Source: Felis catus (Eukaryota). From it: a stretch of 64,000 bases of DNA. Both the position numbers and the translations under genes were made by a program. Positions 34,920 through 49,167 of the stretch are shown here, in pieces. The notes under the pieces were generated by a model. The model saw only the letters and a program-made list of their open reading frames with translations. It did no database searches and was not told where the DNA came from. The stretch is from assembly GCF_018350175.1 (NCBI RefSeq), contig NC_058368.1, positions 220,660,001-220,724,000 on the forward strand. The letters run 5' to 3'. Numbering within the stretch: the stretch's first letter is position 1; every line of letters starts with the position of its first letter.

Positions 34920-34955
<36 letters not shown>
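34920..34955. repeat. (TA)n(GA)n microsatellite
   Basis: Direct observation. Confidence 0.95.
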
Positions 34956-35917
34956 TTGAGGGGGAGAGGTAGAATGTGCCTTGGGATCAACATCCAGGAC
35001 AAGGACAAAAGAGGGAAAAGGAAAAGAAATAGTGTGCCTCCCCATGGCTGCACGCAGAGGGGGCTCAGAGGAGACAAATATATATTAAAGCACCATAAAA
35101 TCTTTGAGAAAATATACAAACCAGTCTGTTCTCCTCCCCCTGTAGGGGCAAAAAAGAAGAGGGGAGAAGGGATGACTACCCAAGGCACAGACTTCAACAC
35201 ATTTAGACAGAAATTCATTCATAGTTAATGTACTATCATTTAACTAATTCACAGTTGCTGAGAAAACAAGTATATATTATTATCTTCTTTCATTGCATGC
35301 TGAGCATTTTAAGTTATATTTTTATTAAATCTTGATTCAGTTTTCTTATTTCTGAATGTACGTAGGTATAGATATATAGTTTTATTTTATAAATGTGGAA
35401 GACTTAAAACAGTTTTTTATACTCTCATAATTACATATTTAATATATATATTCTCTCTATGGATTTTGAATGAGATGATTACATAATCATCTAATATAAA
35501 GATAAATCTCTGTACAGTTGTATAGAGAGATACATCTATATATAATCATATATATAAAATCTTGATCTACCAACTTTGGATAACAACAGAAGATAAATAA
35601 ATAAATTAGGGTATTAAAGAAATGTTGGAAGTTAAGTGATGAACAATGGCAAAGTGGGCCAATTTAAAAAGAGTGAGCTACTTTTGAAATGAATAGCTGA
35701 TAAAAGCAACCCAAGGTTGGAACCAGTAAGTAGGGAAGAAATGGTCTTATGCTACAGAGAAAAGGCACAAGGAAAATCTGCAAAGGACCACAATGCTACT
35801 AATAATATTATATTGGTAGTATATCAAATTTAACAAACTATGTGAAGCAAAGTCTCACAAAATGTAATAATGTATTAAAATAAACACAATATAGTAGTAT
35901 ATATAAGCGTATATACC

Positions 35918-36128
35918 TTTTTAAATTTTTTAAAAAATGTTTATTTTTGAGAGAGAGAAATGGAGCATGAGCAGGGAGGGGCAGAGAGAGGGAGACACAG
36001 AATCAGAAGCAGGTTCCAGGCTCTGAACTGTCAGCACAGAGCCTGACCCGGGGCTCTCATTTAGAAACGTGAGGTCATGACCTGAGCTGAAGTCAGACAA
36101 TTAGCCAACAGAGCCACCCAGGTGCCCC
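35918..36128 (-). mobile_element. Can-SINE
   Basis: TSD taag(c/t)gtat.tat/a. Confidence 0.93.
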
Positions 36129-36544
36129 GTAAGTGTATCTATCTTAACTTAGAAAGGATTTAGTTTTGTTTGTTTGTTTAAAGAACAAGTTATAAAAGAC
36201 AATGACATAAACCTCAATATGCATACACTCGTGTTCTCACACACCCTCCACAGTTACGTGTTATTTTTAAGTAGAACAACTCACAAGGGCCCTGATATAG
36301 TAATAGTACAAACCAAATTCCTTGATCAGGAAGAAATAAATAAAATAAGAGGTATTAAAAACAAGATGCATCATTTAAATCTTTACATTCTAAAAGAAGA
36401 AAGGAAGGAAGGAAGAAGGAAGGAAGGGGAATCAGATAATGAACAGAAGAAGAAAGAAAAAATGGGAGAGAAGGAAGGAAGGAAAAAAGGAGAAAAAAGT
36501 GGAATGACATTATCGATGCAGCAATTAAAAAATAAACAGAATTA

Positions 36545-36765
36545 GGGGCACCTGGGTGGCCCAGTGAGTTAAGCAGCTGACTCTTGATTGCGGCTCAGGT
36601 CATGATCTCACCGTTAGTGTGATCGAGCCCAGTGTCAGACTCTGTGCTGACAGCTCAGAACCTGGAGCCTGCTTCGGAGTCTGTGTCTCCCTCTCTCTCT
36701 ATGCCCCTCCGCTGCTCGCTCTCTCTCTCAAAATTAATACATAAACTTAAAAAAATAAAACAAAA
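36545..36765 (+). mobile_element. Can-SINE
   Basis: Head ggggcacctgggtggc. TSD approximately aaacagaat. Confidence 0.93.
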
Positions 36766-37360
36766 ACAGAATAACATAAAGAAAATAAAAAGTGTTAATA
36801 AAGCCACATTTAAATTAAAATATTAGAAAATAATATTAAAAATCATGATCTTCTGACAAATACGAGCACCAATGGATAAATAGGAGCTGATTCTTTGTAA
36901 AACATACCAGAAGCCAATATATTCAAGAAACATGAGGCAAGTTAAAAAACCAATTATACAAATTTATAAATGCAAAATACATCCAAAAATACAGAGAATA
37001 TTTAACTAATTATAAATCACTTTACTGAATTACATGTACATAATATTGACCTAAGGATTATACTACTGTATCAAGTTTTTAAAATAAACTAAAAAAAAAC
37101 AAAAAAACAAAAAAAACAAAAAACTAAACCTAATTTAAATTATTATGTGGTGGAAAGAAATGAAGTTGTCAAAGAACTTACACTGCAGAAACACCAATAT
37201 CTCAAGCATGAAACAATAATGTTAAGGCTGTTTAAACCATGGATATATACTTCCTGCACAGTAGAAATAATTCTACACCTTTGGTGATCACTCTTATCAT
37301 GAGCCAGACTATAAACCACAGCCACCAAAGCAACACTGACACTTTCAGAATTTCTCTTAA

Positions 37361-37527
37361 GGGGTTCCTGGGTGGCTTAGTCAGTTAAGTGTTCAGCTCA
37401 GGCTCAGGTCATGATCTCATGGTTCGTGAGTTCAAGCCTGGAGTCAGGCTCTGTGTTGACAGCTCAGATCCTGGAGGCTACTTCGGATTCTGTGTCTCCC
37501 TCTCTCTCTGTCCCTTTCCCTGCTCGT

Positions 37528-37571
<44 letters not shown>

Positions 37572-37596
37572 AATAAATAAACAAGAAAAAGAAAAA
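37361..37596 (+). mobile_element. Can-SINE
   Basis: TSD agaatttc(t)tcttaa. Confidence 0.93.
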
Positions 37597-37917
37597 GAAT
37601 TTCTTCTTAATTTCCTGTTCTCACATCACAGGTTATAAAACATAGCCAAATTATTATTTCTTCAGGATGGCAAAAATGCAAAGTAGCCATTGTTTTCCCA
37701 GTATCACAGAAAGTAATGTGAAACTATAATTGTTAGGAGATTGTTGACAATACAATCAATCACTTACAGGGAAGATTATGCCCTCTGCAGGCTGTGAGTC
37801 TGCCTCCACCCTATAGTTGAAAAGAGGCAGAGGCAAGATTCGCACTGTGGTCTCTTCAACCCCACAAAGTCTGTTCCATGCTAGTGTTGGTGCCACACTA
37901 AAGAAAATGGGTTTGGA

Positions 37918-38005
37918 GGGGCCTGGCTGGCTCAGTCAGCAGAGCGCGTGACTCTTGCCATGCTGGGTGTGGAGCCTACTTAAAAATTTAAAAATATAAA
38001 GAAAA
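37918..38005 (+). mobile_element. Short tRNA-like Can-SINE variant with internal deletion
   Basis: ggggcctggctggctcagtcagcagagcgcgtgactcttg...gggtgtggagcctacttaaaaa, with no (CT)n. Confidence 0.75.
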
Positions 38006-39717
38006 TAATTAACGATAATGTGTTTATTATTTAAATAAGTCGTAGAACAATATTTTCTCCTCTCCCTCCATTCCCATTGCCCCAAGGTAATAAATGAGTT
38101 TGCTGGAAAAATTCTGTAGGCTTGATTTGTCTTCTTTTTGTGTATTTCATAAAAATAAGTGCATGGCATCTATGGGGAAAAGAAGGGAGGCCTGCTAGAA
38201 CACTTCACTAATGCTAATGTGTCAAAAAAAGAGTCGGTTATTCTTTTCTGAGTACCTAAAGTATACATGTATACATCAAAAGACAGTGGGACAGGAGGAT
38301 ACGGAGAGAAAAACACTCTTATATTTCCAAAATGCATTTTTTAAAACTAAGTTTTAATTACTTTTGTGATGTTGAGGGTTATGATTGTGCATATCAAATG
38401 ACAAATGACCTGATTTCTTTTTTTTTAAGAAAGGATTGGAAAACGACACTCCTCATTTAATCAATGTAATGATGATAATGTCAATAATCCCGTAATAATT
38501 ACAATTGTTTTCCTTTACTTGATGATGAAAACCCCTTATAATGGCATATACCTACTCAATATTTATATATTTGAAAATCTAAAAAGCGTTAGGGCTTCAT
38601 TCATCAATGTTTTTCTCCTATTCACTCCTTTTTCTTTTTATGTTTGACTTATTGACTATGAATATGAATGCTCTTTTCCACCAAAATTATTGTTATTAGC
38701 CTCGGGGTTAAGTTGTTTCTTTCCTCGAATTAGACACACAGTTCAGTCTAGATATTCCAACAATTGTGGTGTCTTAACTTCATATTTACTGCAGTATTCA
38801 AGGTTGTTTTTTCCATTCTTCTACTGTCAGTGTTTATAGAGAGTTTGTTCCAAACGTGAAGACATTCCTTTTATTTTAAATGTGTTACATTGCACGAAGC
38901 AGTATCATTTAAATGCCATTTCCTTTCCTTGTTGATTATATTTCCTTTTAAATGACTTTTCTATGATGAGGTTCACATACTGAAGTGATTTTGCTTCTTT
39001 TTGTTGACAATTTGCATGAAAAAACCTATGCAACATTGATGTTAATTGGCTAACTCTAGTGACTGTAACTGGCTCACTCCCATCCTGTAGTTTATTACAC
39101 AGCAAGTACTCTCTCCTTTTATGAAGCAGTGTGGGGTTATTTGTCTTAACATGAAAAATGCAAACTTATAAGTAGGCTTAGATGGTTCTGTGGTAATATT
39201 GATATCAATGCTACCTATATGCTACCTATACTTTTAATTTCATGGAATGATCCAAAGTATTTCCAGGAACAATGAACCCAGCCAGTGCTGGTCACATTCA
39301 TTTGACAACTAAAAGCGAGTTACTCTTTAGGTACTTCTAAAACTGCCAAGTTTATCTTTTATTAATTTCATGACCCAGTTAATTAATTTTTATACCTCAT
39401 TGAGATGCAACCTCAGGCCATGTATTCAAGACATTTTTCTCTTGATAACTGTTGGTTAATATCTCAGCTGCCCAGTCATTTCAGTCACATTGGAGTTAAT
39501 ATGAGTTTAGCTCAGACTTGCTACATTGGTTACCCATGTACATTAGTCAGGTTGGATTAAAATTCAGTAAAAATCTCTGCTTGACTAGACAGTAGCAACC
39601 TTGTGAGGACGAAGACATGAATCGATGTGTATGGAATATTTCAAGTCATTCCATTAGTTCCAGAATTTGCTATGTAAAGTTTATGGTTTAAACTTCTTTC
39701 TTTTTTTGTAAGTAAAG

Positions 39718-39934
39718 CTTGTTTTTTTATGTATTTATTTATTTTGAGTGAGAGAGAGAGCATATGTGCATGCAAGCAAGGGAGGGGCAGAAAGAGAGAG
39801 AGAAAGAATCCCAAGCAGGCTCCCATTTCAGCACACAGAGCCCAGTGCAGGGCTTGATCTCACAAAGTGAGATCATGACCTGAGCTGAAATCAAGAGTTG
39901 GATATTCAACCAACTGCACCACCCACATGTTCCT
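39718..39934 (-). mobile_element. Can-SINE (older)
   Basis: gagatcatgacctgagctgaaatcaagag body with a diverged head. Confidence 0.9.
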
Positions 39935-40399
39935 CAACTTATTTCAAATAAAATTTTCTGCTCAATATAATATGTTTTGAATTTGTAATATTAGCATATG
40001 AATTCCATTTATTACTGTCCCTAATATATAAGATATTAATTGATGAAAAAAATACCTCAAGCAATTTGAAATAGTATTCCTTGAAGGTTCCCTGAAGGTT
40101 CACCGGAAATAGCCTACAGCAAGTCTCTAAAGACTTTCCTGGGGAAATAAATGATAGTTATCTCTCACAGGTTTGTAATCAGAATGTTTCCAAAGTAAGT
40201 ATAATCAATAATCATGTAGTCCTCCTAGGAACAAAATGCATTGTTAAATACCCTCTGATTCCAGAAAGTCTCCTTGTATTATTTCTATAATACCACATTC
40301 TTGCATGGCTAAGTAATGTTATTTTACTTCAAATGTATGACTTTTTTCCTGACCATATGTGATTGCTATGGGCAATAGTCAGTGTTGAATGTTGAAAAG

Positions 40400-40590
40400 A
40401 GAATGACAATTGGAATCAGATAAACCTAGGATGAAATCCTAGCTCCACTAATGTCCCATTGTATAAATCACCATTGAGTTCTGTAGTTTTTGAATTACCT
40501 AATATGAGTGGATTATTTCAAGGATTAAATAATCGAAGTTTTGAGGCTTATAAAACCAATGCAGTACATATTTAAACTCAATATATTTTT
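40400..40590 (+). mobile_element. MIR fragment
   Basis: tggaatcagataaacctaggatgaaatcctagctccacta and aggattaaat. Confidence 0.55.
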
Positions 40591-40593
40591 CAC

Positions 40594-40815
40594 TTTTATT
40601 TATTTATTTTTGTTTATTTATTTATTTTGAGAGAGAGAGTGAGAGTGAGTGCTAGTGGGGGGAGGGGCAGAGGGCGACGGAGAGAGAGAATCTCAACCAG
40701 GCTTCACACTGTCATCACGGATCCCAACACAGGTTTGAACCCATGAGCCATGAGATCGTGACCTGAGCAGAAAACAGGAGTCAGATGTTTAACTGACTGA
40801 GCCACCCAGGCATCT
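40594..40815 (-). mobile_element. Can-SINE
   Basis: TSD aactcaatat(a/g)ttttt. Confidence 0.92.
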
Positions 40816-42055
40816 CAGAACTCAATATGTTTTTTTAATCCTATCATAGTTCCCTTGTTCTCCTGTAATTGGTATGACTCGACCTCCCCTAAAAATTTCA
40901 TATGGTCCAGTTCTTGAAATATATGCTTTCAATGTCCACTTTCTGAGATCTTGCTGCCTCTATTCTTACTGCATGGGTCAATCTTTCTAAGTGACCAGAT
41001 GATTATCACAGGCAAGTTGGCCTAAGTGGCTCAATACAAAAAGTAAACATTATATCAAGTCCTCAAGAGAAAAAAAATAAAAAACCAGCATTAAAATAAG
41101 CAAATACATTCCATGGAGGTATGGATGGGACAATATTCCAGGAAATCTCAAATATTGTCATCTCTCCAGAGACTATTTTACGTTCCAGAAAATGGCTACC
41201 ATACCTTAACATCATCACTTTAATAATACTGTCTAATTTGGCCATCATCCCTATTTCTGCAATTCTGATCCTTGGCCAAAGAGGCTAGGTGTTATTTTTC
41301 TCTTACGGGATTCCTTTTCCAACATTGCCAAAAAAGCTTGCCACTAACTTTAGGCCTCAGATACACTCACTAATTTTTCTACTGACACAAAAGTTAGCTT
41401 TGTCTTAGCATGCATATACGGCCTCTCTTATAGGTATTTTCTATGTAAGTTCACATTCCACGATAAGGTTTGTCTATATTTAAATATTAACTGTGTTTAT
41501 GGCCACATCATTAAGTAAGTAAACGAAAATCTTGCACCCCATTCTTCAAATTAGTCTAAAGTTATGGAAATGCTCAATTATGCAAGTTTTTGAAAATGTA
41601 TTTCGTAACAATCTTGTGAACTACAGTGGGTGGGAATCAGGCTGTAAAAACTGCGATTTTTTTCTCCTATGAATTCAAATTACTTTCAGAGCAGGTGATG
41701 AACAGACATAAAGAGGAAAGTCCTTCTCCATCAGCAAATGTCTTTAGATAGTCAAACATAATGAGAAATCATGTAAGTACAGCAATTAAGGCAAGTGAGT
41801 GGTTTTAATGCTTAATGACTGGTTTTATTTCTAATTGAAGCCAAGGCAGAGTTATTGCTGTAGTATATGCTCCTGGATGACTTTTGACAGATAGATTGTG
41901 CCATCTTCTTTTTCTGATAAAATCTGTAGAACATCTTAAATATTTGTTAGATATAAAGATAAGAGAAACAATTTGGTTGGTGATATAGGTAAGAACAAAG
42001 CATTCATTTTCCATGACAACTCAATTATCATCATCATTGAACTATCCCATTAAAC

Positions 42056-42277
42056 TTTTTTTTTAATTTTTTTTAACGGTTTATTTATTTTTGAGACAGA
42101 GAGAGACAGAGCATGAGCAGGGGAGGGGAAGAGAGAGAGGGAGATACAGAATCCGAAGCAGCACCAAGCTCTAAGCTATCAGCACATAGCCCGATGCGGG
42201 GCTCGACCTTACAGACGGTGAGATCATGACCTGAGCCAAAGTCGGACGGTCAACCTACTGAGCCACCCAGGCGCCCC
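42056..42277 (-). mobile_element. Can-SINE
   Basis: Complete, ending gagccacccaggcgcccc. Confidence 0.95.
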
Positions 42278-43299
42278 TTTTAAAAAATTTTTGATACAGA
42301 AAATCACATAACTATGTAGGGTCAGATAGTTTAACATCCTTTTGGTTGTGGCAAGTGCTCATTTCTATCTGTCTAAAATGCATGTTCAAGGGAAAGTTTA
42401 TGTTTCTTCATTGAGAGTGGCAAAGTGGCCTCCCATTAGATCATTGGTCTTCGTGCTTTGCTAGAGTTCTCTCTGGTTTCTTCATTAGTATCTTTGGTTT
42501 GCCTGAAGCCATGGTACACATTGTTTACTTTATAACTTCTTTTAGAGGATCATTTTTATCCTTACAATGGAAATCATTTGGCGATAGCCAGAGACTCTCA
42601 ACGTTCAGCTGCCACCCATGTTTGCTCTCTGGGAATAAAGACATTTTGAATTTTACCACACCATATAGTTGTTTTTGGAAATATATTATCTCTGTATCTC
42701 TTCTTTCTCTAGCATAGGCTATTCAATTGTTTCACAAATATTTATGGAATGCCTCCTGTGGGTCAGCAATTGTTATAGACATTTGGCCAATATAAACGAA
42801 GACTATGCTATAATATCTTTCTCTGAAGCTCATGCCTCAAGTTTGACTGGGGCAGCACTGATGCTCTGGTTTTCGTATAAAATATATATTTTATTCTACA
42901 ATGAATTTTGTGGTTCTTTGGTGCTGGGGATATAGCAGTGAAATAATACAGACATGAGTTTTATTGTCATGGGGTTAACTTTCTAGTTTTTCTTAAATGA
43001 AGTATTGGTGGAAGATAATTGGCAAATAAAAATATAGTAGAAAAGGACAATTTCAGTTAATTATAAATAATATGTTGAAGATAAAACAATGGGCAAATTA
43101 TTGGTAAAACAGAATTACCATGTACAAAAAAGAAAAAAATAACTGACAGAACATTTTAGGCCTTACTCAAGAAGTAAGCAAACACCTCATTCATGAGAAA
43201 GAGATATTCAGGAAAATGACTTAGGCAAAGAATTAGAGCCCAAGAAACAGCCAGGGACATGGCTGTGAGAGAGAATGTGGTATAAGAAAAGCAACACAT

Positions 43300-43553
43300 T
43301 TTTATTTCTTTTTATTTTTTTAGTTTTTAAATGCTTATTCTATTTTTTTTTTGAGAGAGAGACAGACAGACAGACAGAGTGCAAGTAGGGGAGGGGCAGA
43401 GAGAGAAGGAGACACAGAAGCTGAAGAAGGCTCCAGGTTCTGAACTGTCAGCACAGAGCCCGACATAGGGCTTGAACGCATGAACCACAAGATCATGACC
43501 TGATCTCAATGTCCAAAGGTGGACATTAATCGACTGAGCCACCCAGGCACCCC
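43300..43553 (-). mobile_element. Can-SINE
   Basis: TSD gcaacacattt. Confidence 0.93.
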
Positions 43554-43815
43554 TGCAACACATTTCTAAAAGGTTCCTTTTGGCTTTGGTGTGAAGAACT
43601 GGTTAGAGGAAACGAAGTGTGAAAGCAGGGAGGCCAGTGAAAAGGCTCTTCCACTTTTCCAGAAGACAGGGTGGTCATGGGGATAAGTGTTTAAGAGTGG
43701 AAATAAAGTAGAGAAGAGATCATGATGATTTTAATGGTGAAATCAGGACCTGTTGGTAGACTGGAAGGTGTATAAGGTGTTGGAGAAAGAAAGCAACTGA
43801 AGACAGTTCCTTTGA

Positions 43816-43816
<1 letters not shown>

Positions 43817-43855
<39 letters not shown>
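43817..43855. repeat. (TG)n microsatellite
   Basis: Direct observation. Confidence 0.95.
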
Positions 43856-45649
43856 ATGTTTGTGTGTTGGTGGTGGTAGTTTCTTGAAATGGGGAATATC
43901 AGTGATAAAATATTTTAGGGATAAAGTCAATGAGTTAGTTTTGAACATATTTATTTTAAGATTCCTCTTAGACTTCTCTGGAAGTTTACATGATATGTAT
44001 CATGTCTGTCTATCTTTCAGGAAAAAATATTGCAGTGGTAATGTAAATTTCACAGTTACCCACACATAGACAGTCACTATGTAATCATTACCCCAGGAGA
44101 ATTTTAGATCAGAAAAGGAAACAAAGAAATGTCCTGAGAACTTCTTGAGAAATCTAAAAGTGAGACGTTAAGTATAGAAGGAGATGTCTGTCCATAATTT
44201 GCAGATGGCTTCTTCATTAATTACCCAGTGAACTTCAAATATGTAATTGTAAAATACAATAGCCATGACAACACAACCCAATTGATATTTCTAGGTTTTT
44301 CACACCATATTTCACCATACTGGATAATGCCTTAATTATGGTATTCTTTTTTCCTGTTGCATATATTCTGTCCATGATATTATGTTACCTGGAATTCTCT
44401 CCTCAAAAACCTTCACTTAGAAACTACCTTCTTATTTTTCAAGATCCAGGTCAAATTCAATCTTATCATGAAATTTGCATGATCATCACCAGTTATTATA
44501 ATGTTATAGTTTTGTTTTAATATATGTGTAATACAGAAATTATAAAATGTATTTATAACTATTTATTTTTATTTATTTCCCTAATAGATTATGACCTGCT
44601 AAAATTGAGTGATTCTATGTTATTCATCTTTGATCTGCAGAATGCAGATTAGTACTGGTACAGTCCAGGTACCTTGTGTGAGAAATTATTGCGCAGATAG
44701 AAGTAACATTTTTTGGAGGTTTGTGTTCTTTACAATAGTCTTTAATATTGAATATATATTCTTATTATACACCAAATAATTTTATGTGTGTCAAAACTTG
44801 ATTTATCACAAAGCTATTACTGTCATGTGGTTTTGCATCTCTTAAATCATAGGATTCAATTGAAATTATTAAGCTTTGATGATTTAAAATAATTATAGCA
44901 CAGCTCTGTGCAAACAGTTTTCCTTATTGAACAGAATTGAATTTAAATATAACTTGCATTGATAATATGCTTTAAAGCAATGAGAATGAAGATGAAGATC
45001 ACTATATACTGAGCAAATGAAACATAAGAATTCTGGGGAAGACTGATCTGAGTTAATAAGCATTTCAAGTTATATCATACTTTATACCCTATAATTGTAT
45101 TATCTTCTGGAATAAATTTTTAATTGATATCAACTAATTCTGGATATTTGATGAGTAGAAAAAAATGATCAGACCAACTGGTTTCATAAAGATATGGTTT
45201 TCCAATGTGCTTTAATATCTTTTCGATTAAGTGTTTTGAAAATTGCTTTGAATTTCCATACTTGAAAAAATACTTTTGGTATCAACCATTTGATATGATT
45301 CATCATTATAGTAAGCTTAAATTAAGGAAAGAAAAATATCATAATACTTCACCAAGTCATTATAAAATCTACATGATGTAAATGCTGATCAATGTTATTC
45401 AATTAAATGGCATGTAAACAACCACAGAAGCACTATACATCCCTCACAATTATTTTATTTGCTTATTTTGCATTCCAAAGTGTCAAATAAATGTATCAGT
45501 CATGGAAATCTTTATTCATTGGAAAGAATTAATATTTTCTTATCATAATGTGGGAAACATGGAAATAAACGCCAAATAATCCTGATTAGAATGAGGATGG
45601 TGACAATGATGATGACAATGAAGATGATGACTACCATGATAATAAGATA

Positions 45650-46100
45650 CAACTCTCTAGTTTGAGTCTACTGGGACCTAGAACAAGTATTGGATACAGG
45701 TAGATGAGTCAAGAAAAAGTAAGAGTAAGGAAGCAGAAATAGGGTAGAAAGAGAAATGATGAGATAAAGAAGGAGGACAGATGAGAGCAGATGTTATTAC
45801 TGACCTGTGGCCAGCTGAGGCTCAATCCCACTGTAGGCCCTGTGAGGAATTGTGTAGAATATGCCACACAACTGGACTTCCAAAGTAGGAAAGATGGAGT
45901 TGCACCTGGGCTAATCTCTCTACTCTTATGTTCACCCCATCCCCATTCTTTGGGTCTTCCCTGAGTGTAGTACACCTGAGCAAGCTTCCTTTCATAGGGA
46001 ACACAGAGATAGGAAAGTTGAAAGTCTCAGCAGGCCTATGATGTGAGACACTAGTGGAAAGATTAGGAACTCTCGACTACAAATGGAGCTGAAATATGTT
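45650..46100 (-). mobile_element. ERVL-type solo LTR (LTR33/LTR16-like)
   Basis: gagcagatgtta...tgtggccagctgaggctcaatcccactg..gtgtagaatatgcc motifs. Heavily diverged. Confidence 0.45.
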
Positions 46101-46141
46101 GTAGGTCAAAGGTACAAGCATTATGTGCTATAATTACCTAT

Positions 46142-46143
<2 letters not shown>

Positions 46144-46176
<33 letters not shown>

Positions 46177-46182
46177 CAATGA
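46144..46182. repeat. (GAT)n microsatellite; a related degenerate tract lies at ~45590-45640
   Basis: Direct observation. Confidence 0.9.
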
Positions 46183-46189
46183 CATATAA

Positions 46190-46320
46190 GATTTGTGGAA
46201 ACTAAATTTATGGAAAGCTTAGTAACTTGGTTAAGTTTACAGAACTAGAAAACAGTGGAACAGGAATTCAAACTCTGGCCTCAGTTTCCAAAACCAGTGT
46301 TTCTAGCTACGACACTATAC
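46190..46320 (-). mobile_element. MIR fragment
   Basis: tagtaacttggttaagtttacagaactag..ggaattcaaactctgg. Confidence 0.6.
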
Positions 46321-47121
46321 TTTTGCTTTGTCTTGATTGTTTTGTTTTGTTCTGTTTTGTTTTGTTTTGTTTTAATGTCTAATGAGGACAAAGGCAGATG
46401 AAAATGGCAATAGCTGAATCAACATGGCACTAACTTCTGCAGTCTTAAGGCTATGTAATTAATCACTTAAAACTACATGGGATATATCTCAGTAATTATT
46501 CACCATGTTATTGGCTATGTATTTTCTGGATTCTAGTATTTCACAAGTTTAGAAAATTACATGTGATCATCATTATTTCCCCCAGGAATATTACCTGCAG
46601 AGGATTTATTTGATGTCCTAAATTAAAGCGCAAGCCATAGAGAGATAATTTATAAGATAGACTTTACAGAGTAGTATATTACCATTTCTCCATTGCAAAT
46701 CATAATTCCAGTATGTGGGCTAATGAGCCATTCAGAGGTTAAGTATGTCTCGGTTAAATTGACAAAACTTTTTTGCAATCATATGCCTTGATACTGCCTC
46801 ATTAAATGCTAAAATTCTAATTCCTCCATGTATTCTAATCTTTGTTTATATAAAACTAGTTTCAATAAAATATGGTATTAATAAAGGCACAAATAACTAT
46901 AAGAATTGAAATTAGATACAGAATTATATTGCAGTAGCGGGAAAGAAATATGTTTTAAGAAGCTTTATTACAACTAAGCTGATTTATTAAACCCTTGAAA
47001 TTAGGATGGTTAACCTAAAAGGAAGCATAAAATTCCTCTTTTGCACCTTCAAGTTAAAGCCAGTGCAAATCCCTTGACAATTTTAACATTCAACTCTTTT
47101 CTTTCTCTGAAGGCAATAAGG

Positions 47122-47255
47122 TTCCTTCCTTCCTTCCTTCCTTCCTTCCTTCCTTCCTTCCTTCCTTCCTTCCTTCCTTCCTCTCTCCCTCCCTTCTTCC
47201 GTCACTCTCTCCCTTTCTTCCTTTCTCCTTTCTTTCTTTTTATTTCTCTTCCTTT
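47122..47255. repeat. (TTCC)n polypyrimidine microsatellite
   Basis: Direct observation. Confidence 0.95.
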
Positions 47256-47884
47256 TTTTAATCATTCTTAAACACATAGTCAAGTATTAGAAACACGTAG
47301 TCAAGATATAGAAAGTCTGGCATGAAAAAAGTTAAAATAAATAAATGAAAGTGGATATACTCTTCACCATCACCAAAATGCTCACTGGTTAAAACAAAAC
47401 TAGAAATAGAAACAAAAACAATTTATTGGCTCCAAAAGCTCTAACGTTTTATTTTTTATTCTCCTCGTCACAGGCTCATGATTGCAAAATTGAGAGAAGA
47501 GTGGAAGAGGAAAGGGGATGTCTGTTTTTGTTTCTTTCTCAGGATAAATTCTAATATTGTGCACCTCTAATCCTTTCCCACTTCTTTGAGGCTACAGCAT
47601 TCATTGTTAAATTTTATATATTTTTTTTAACCAACTGGTTGTTTCTTTCTTCATCTTTCTCCATTATTATTACCTTATCCACTCATGGGTTCACATGAGT
47701 GATTAAAAGCCCCACTTTTATGCCGAGAAAGTACTTTAGGCAAACTGAACATGAAATGTCAGAATTTGTGATTGAGCTGACAGCTGCTATACCCCAAGCA
47801 GCATGCTATTTATCTTTTTAAAATTTTTTTTAAATGAGTCAAATTTAGATACTGTGATACATGGATAGAGTAAGAATGTGTCTA

Positions 47885-47925
47885 ACACACACACACACAT
47901 ACACACACACACACACACATACACA
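47885..47925. repeat. (CA)n microsatellite
   Basis: Direct observation. Confidence 0.95.
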
Positions 47926-49167
47926 ATCTAACTTACCTTCTAATAATTATTTGTTGTCTGTGTGTGTTAGACCAGCATAAAAAATGAATAACTGAGCAGA
48001 AGAAAACATTTATTTGATCTTACTCATTAAGATGCTCCCTGGAGTTTCTTCAAAGGCAGTGAAGACAATCTCTGCCAGTGTGATAGAATTAAGGCAGGGG
48101 AATCAAATGTATCTTTTCTTGATCTTGTGATGTCCAATAAGGGCAAGACAGAGTGCTTTGCGCATGGTGAGTGCTGTGTACCAACTGGATTTTAATCTAT
48201 TTAAATCATTTCAGATTATATGATATTCATTCACTGACTACTTGTCTTATCCCTTTACATGCCAGGGTGAAAATATTTCAACAAATATTGAACAGACTTT
48301 AGTAATATCTTCTTCACATCGAATGACATGGATAGGCTAAGAATTTTCTTCTGATAATTAATGAAAAAATGTTACTATACTCTTGAATCATATTAAAGGC
48401 AAATGGAAAAGTCAAATAGCCTTTGACGAGATACTTGTCAGAAAGTTTTTTGTATATACCTTATACCAAAAGTTTTTTTCCCTATTTTTAGAATGAAAAT
48501 TCTGTTATCTCCATATTACTTATTTTCTATATGGCAATCACTACATACAGAAATAATACAATACATACAGAAATAAGACAGTGCCTATATCCAATGGGAA
48601 GCAAGTCTTTTGGGGAGATATCCACAATATTGTGCCACAAAGTTTATGCAACAAACAGACCATTATGAGGACACAGGAGGGGGCTTATGTTGTTTTGCAT
48701 CCTTGTTGTTGTCACAAGAATTTCATCAGTCTTTCAGTAAACATTTACTGAAAACCCACAGTATTTTCAGGCATTTTACTAAATATTTTGTGTAAACTTT
48801 GTAAGAACACCTTTCATTACAGACACATACATTCTAGCTAGGAAAACAAGTAAACATCATAATAGTGATCTGTTCTGTAGGATAATAAGCAACATATAAC
48901 ATGGTCCTGAGGAAATACAGATTACTTTCATATTTTGGGTAAGGTCTTGGAGAATAATACTGAAGTCAGATACTGAGGGAAAAATTGTATTCAATAGAAG
49001 GAGAAATTAAGTGCCAGATTGAAGGAATGTGGACTAAAACAAAGATCCTTATCAGCTTGGTTGGAGGTGGATCCCAAAATAGTTTTTTTAAGAACTTTAA
49101 CCAGGTAGTGATGAATCTACAAAGTTGGGTTTTTTTCCTCATGGAAATAAAGCTAACCAGTCAGTTT

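Larger units (their letters stand above)
42715..44190 (-). mobile_element. L2 fragments (interrupted by a SINE and (TG)n)
   Basis: caaatatttatggaatgcctcctgtg, gtgctggggatatagcagtgaa, gaaagcagggaggccagtgaaaaggct and atgagttagttttgaacat. Confidence 0.65.

Noticed and set aside
37918..38005. Possible tRNA gene (A-box tggctcagt)
   Set aside because: The B-box/T-arm region is deleted and an A-rich tail follows. It is a SINE-type derivative, as are all tRNA-like heads in the window.
38963..38986. Box C (ATGATGA) followed by CTGA, suggesting a C/D snoRNA
   Set aside because: Only ~10 nt separate the boxes, with no downstream D box at a suitable distance and no terminal stem.
47680..47701. 8-bp hairpin cactcatg-ggttca-catgagtg
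   Set aside because: Short enough to occur by chance in 64 kb, and not associated with a junction or other feature.
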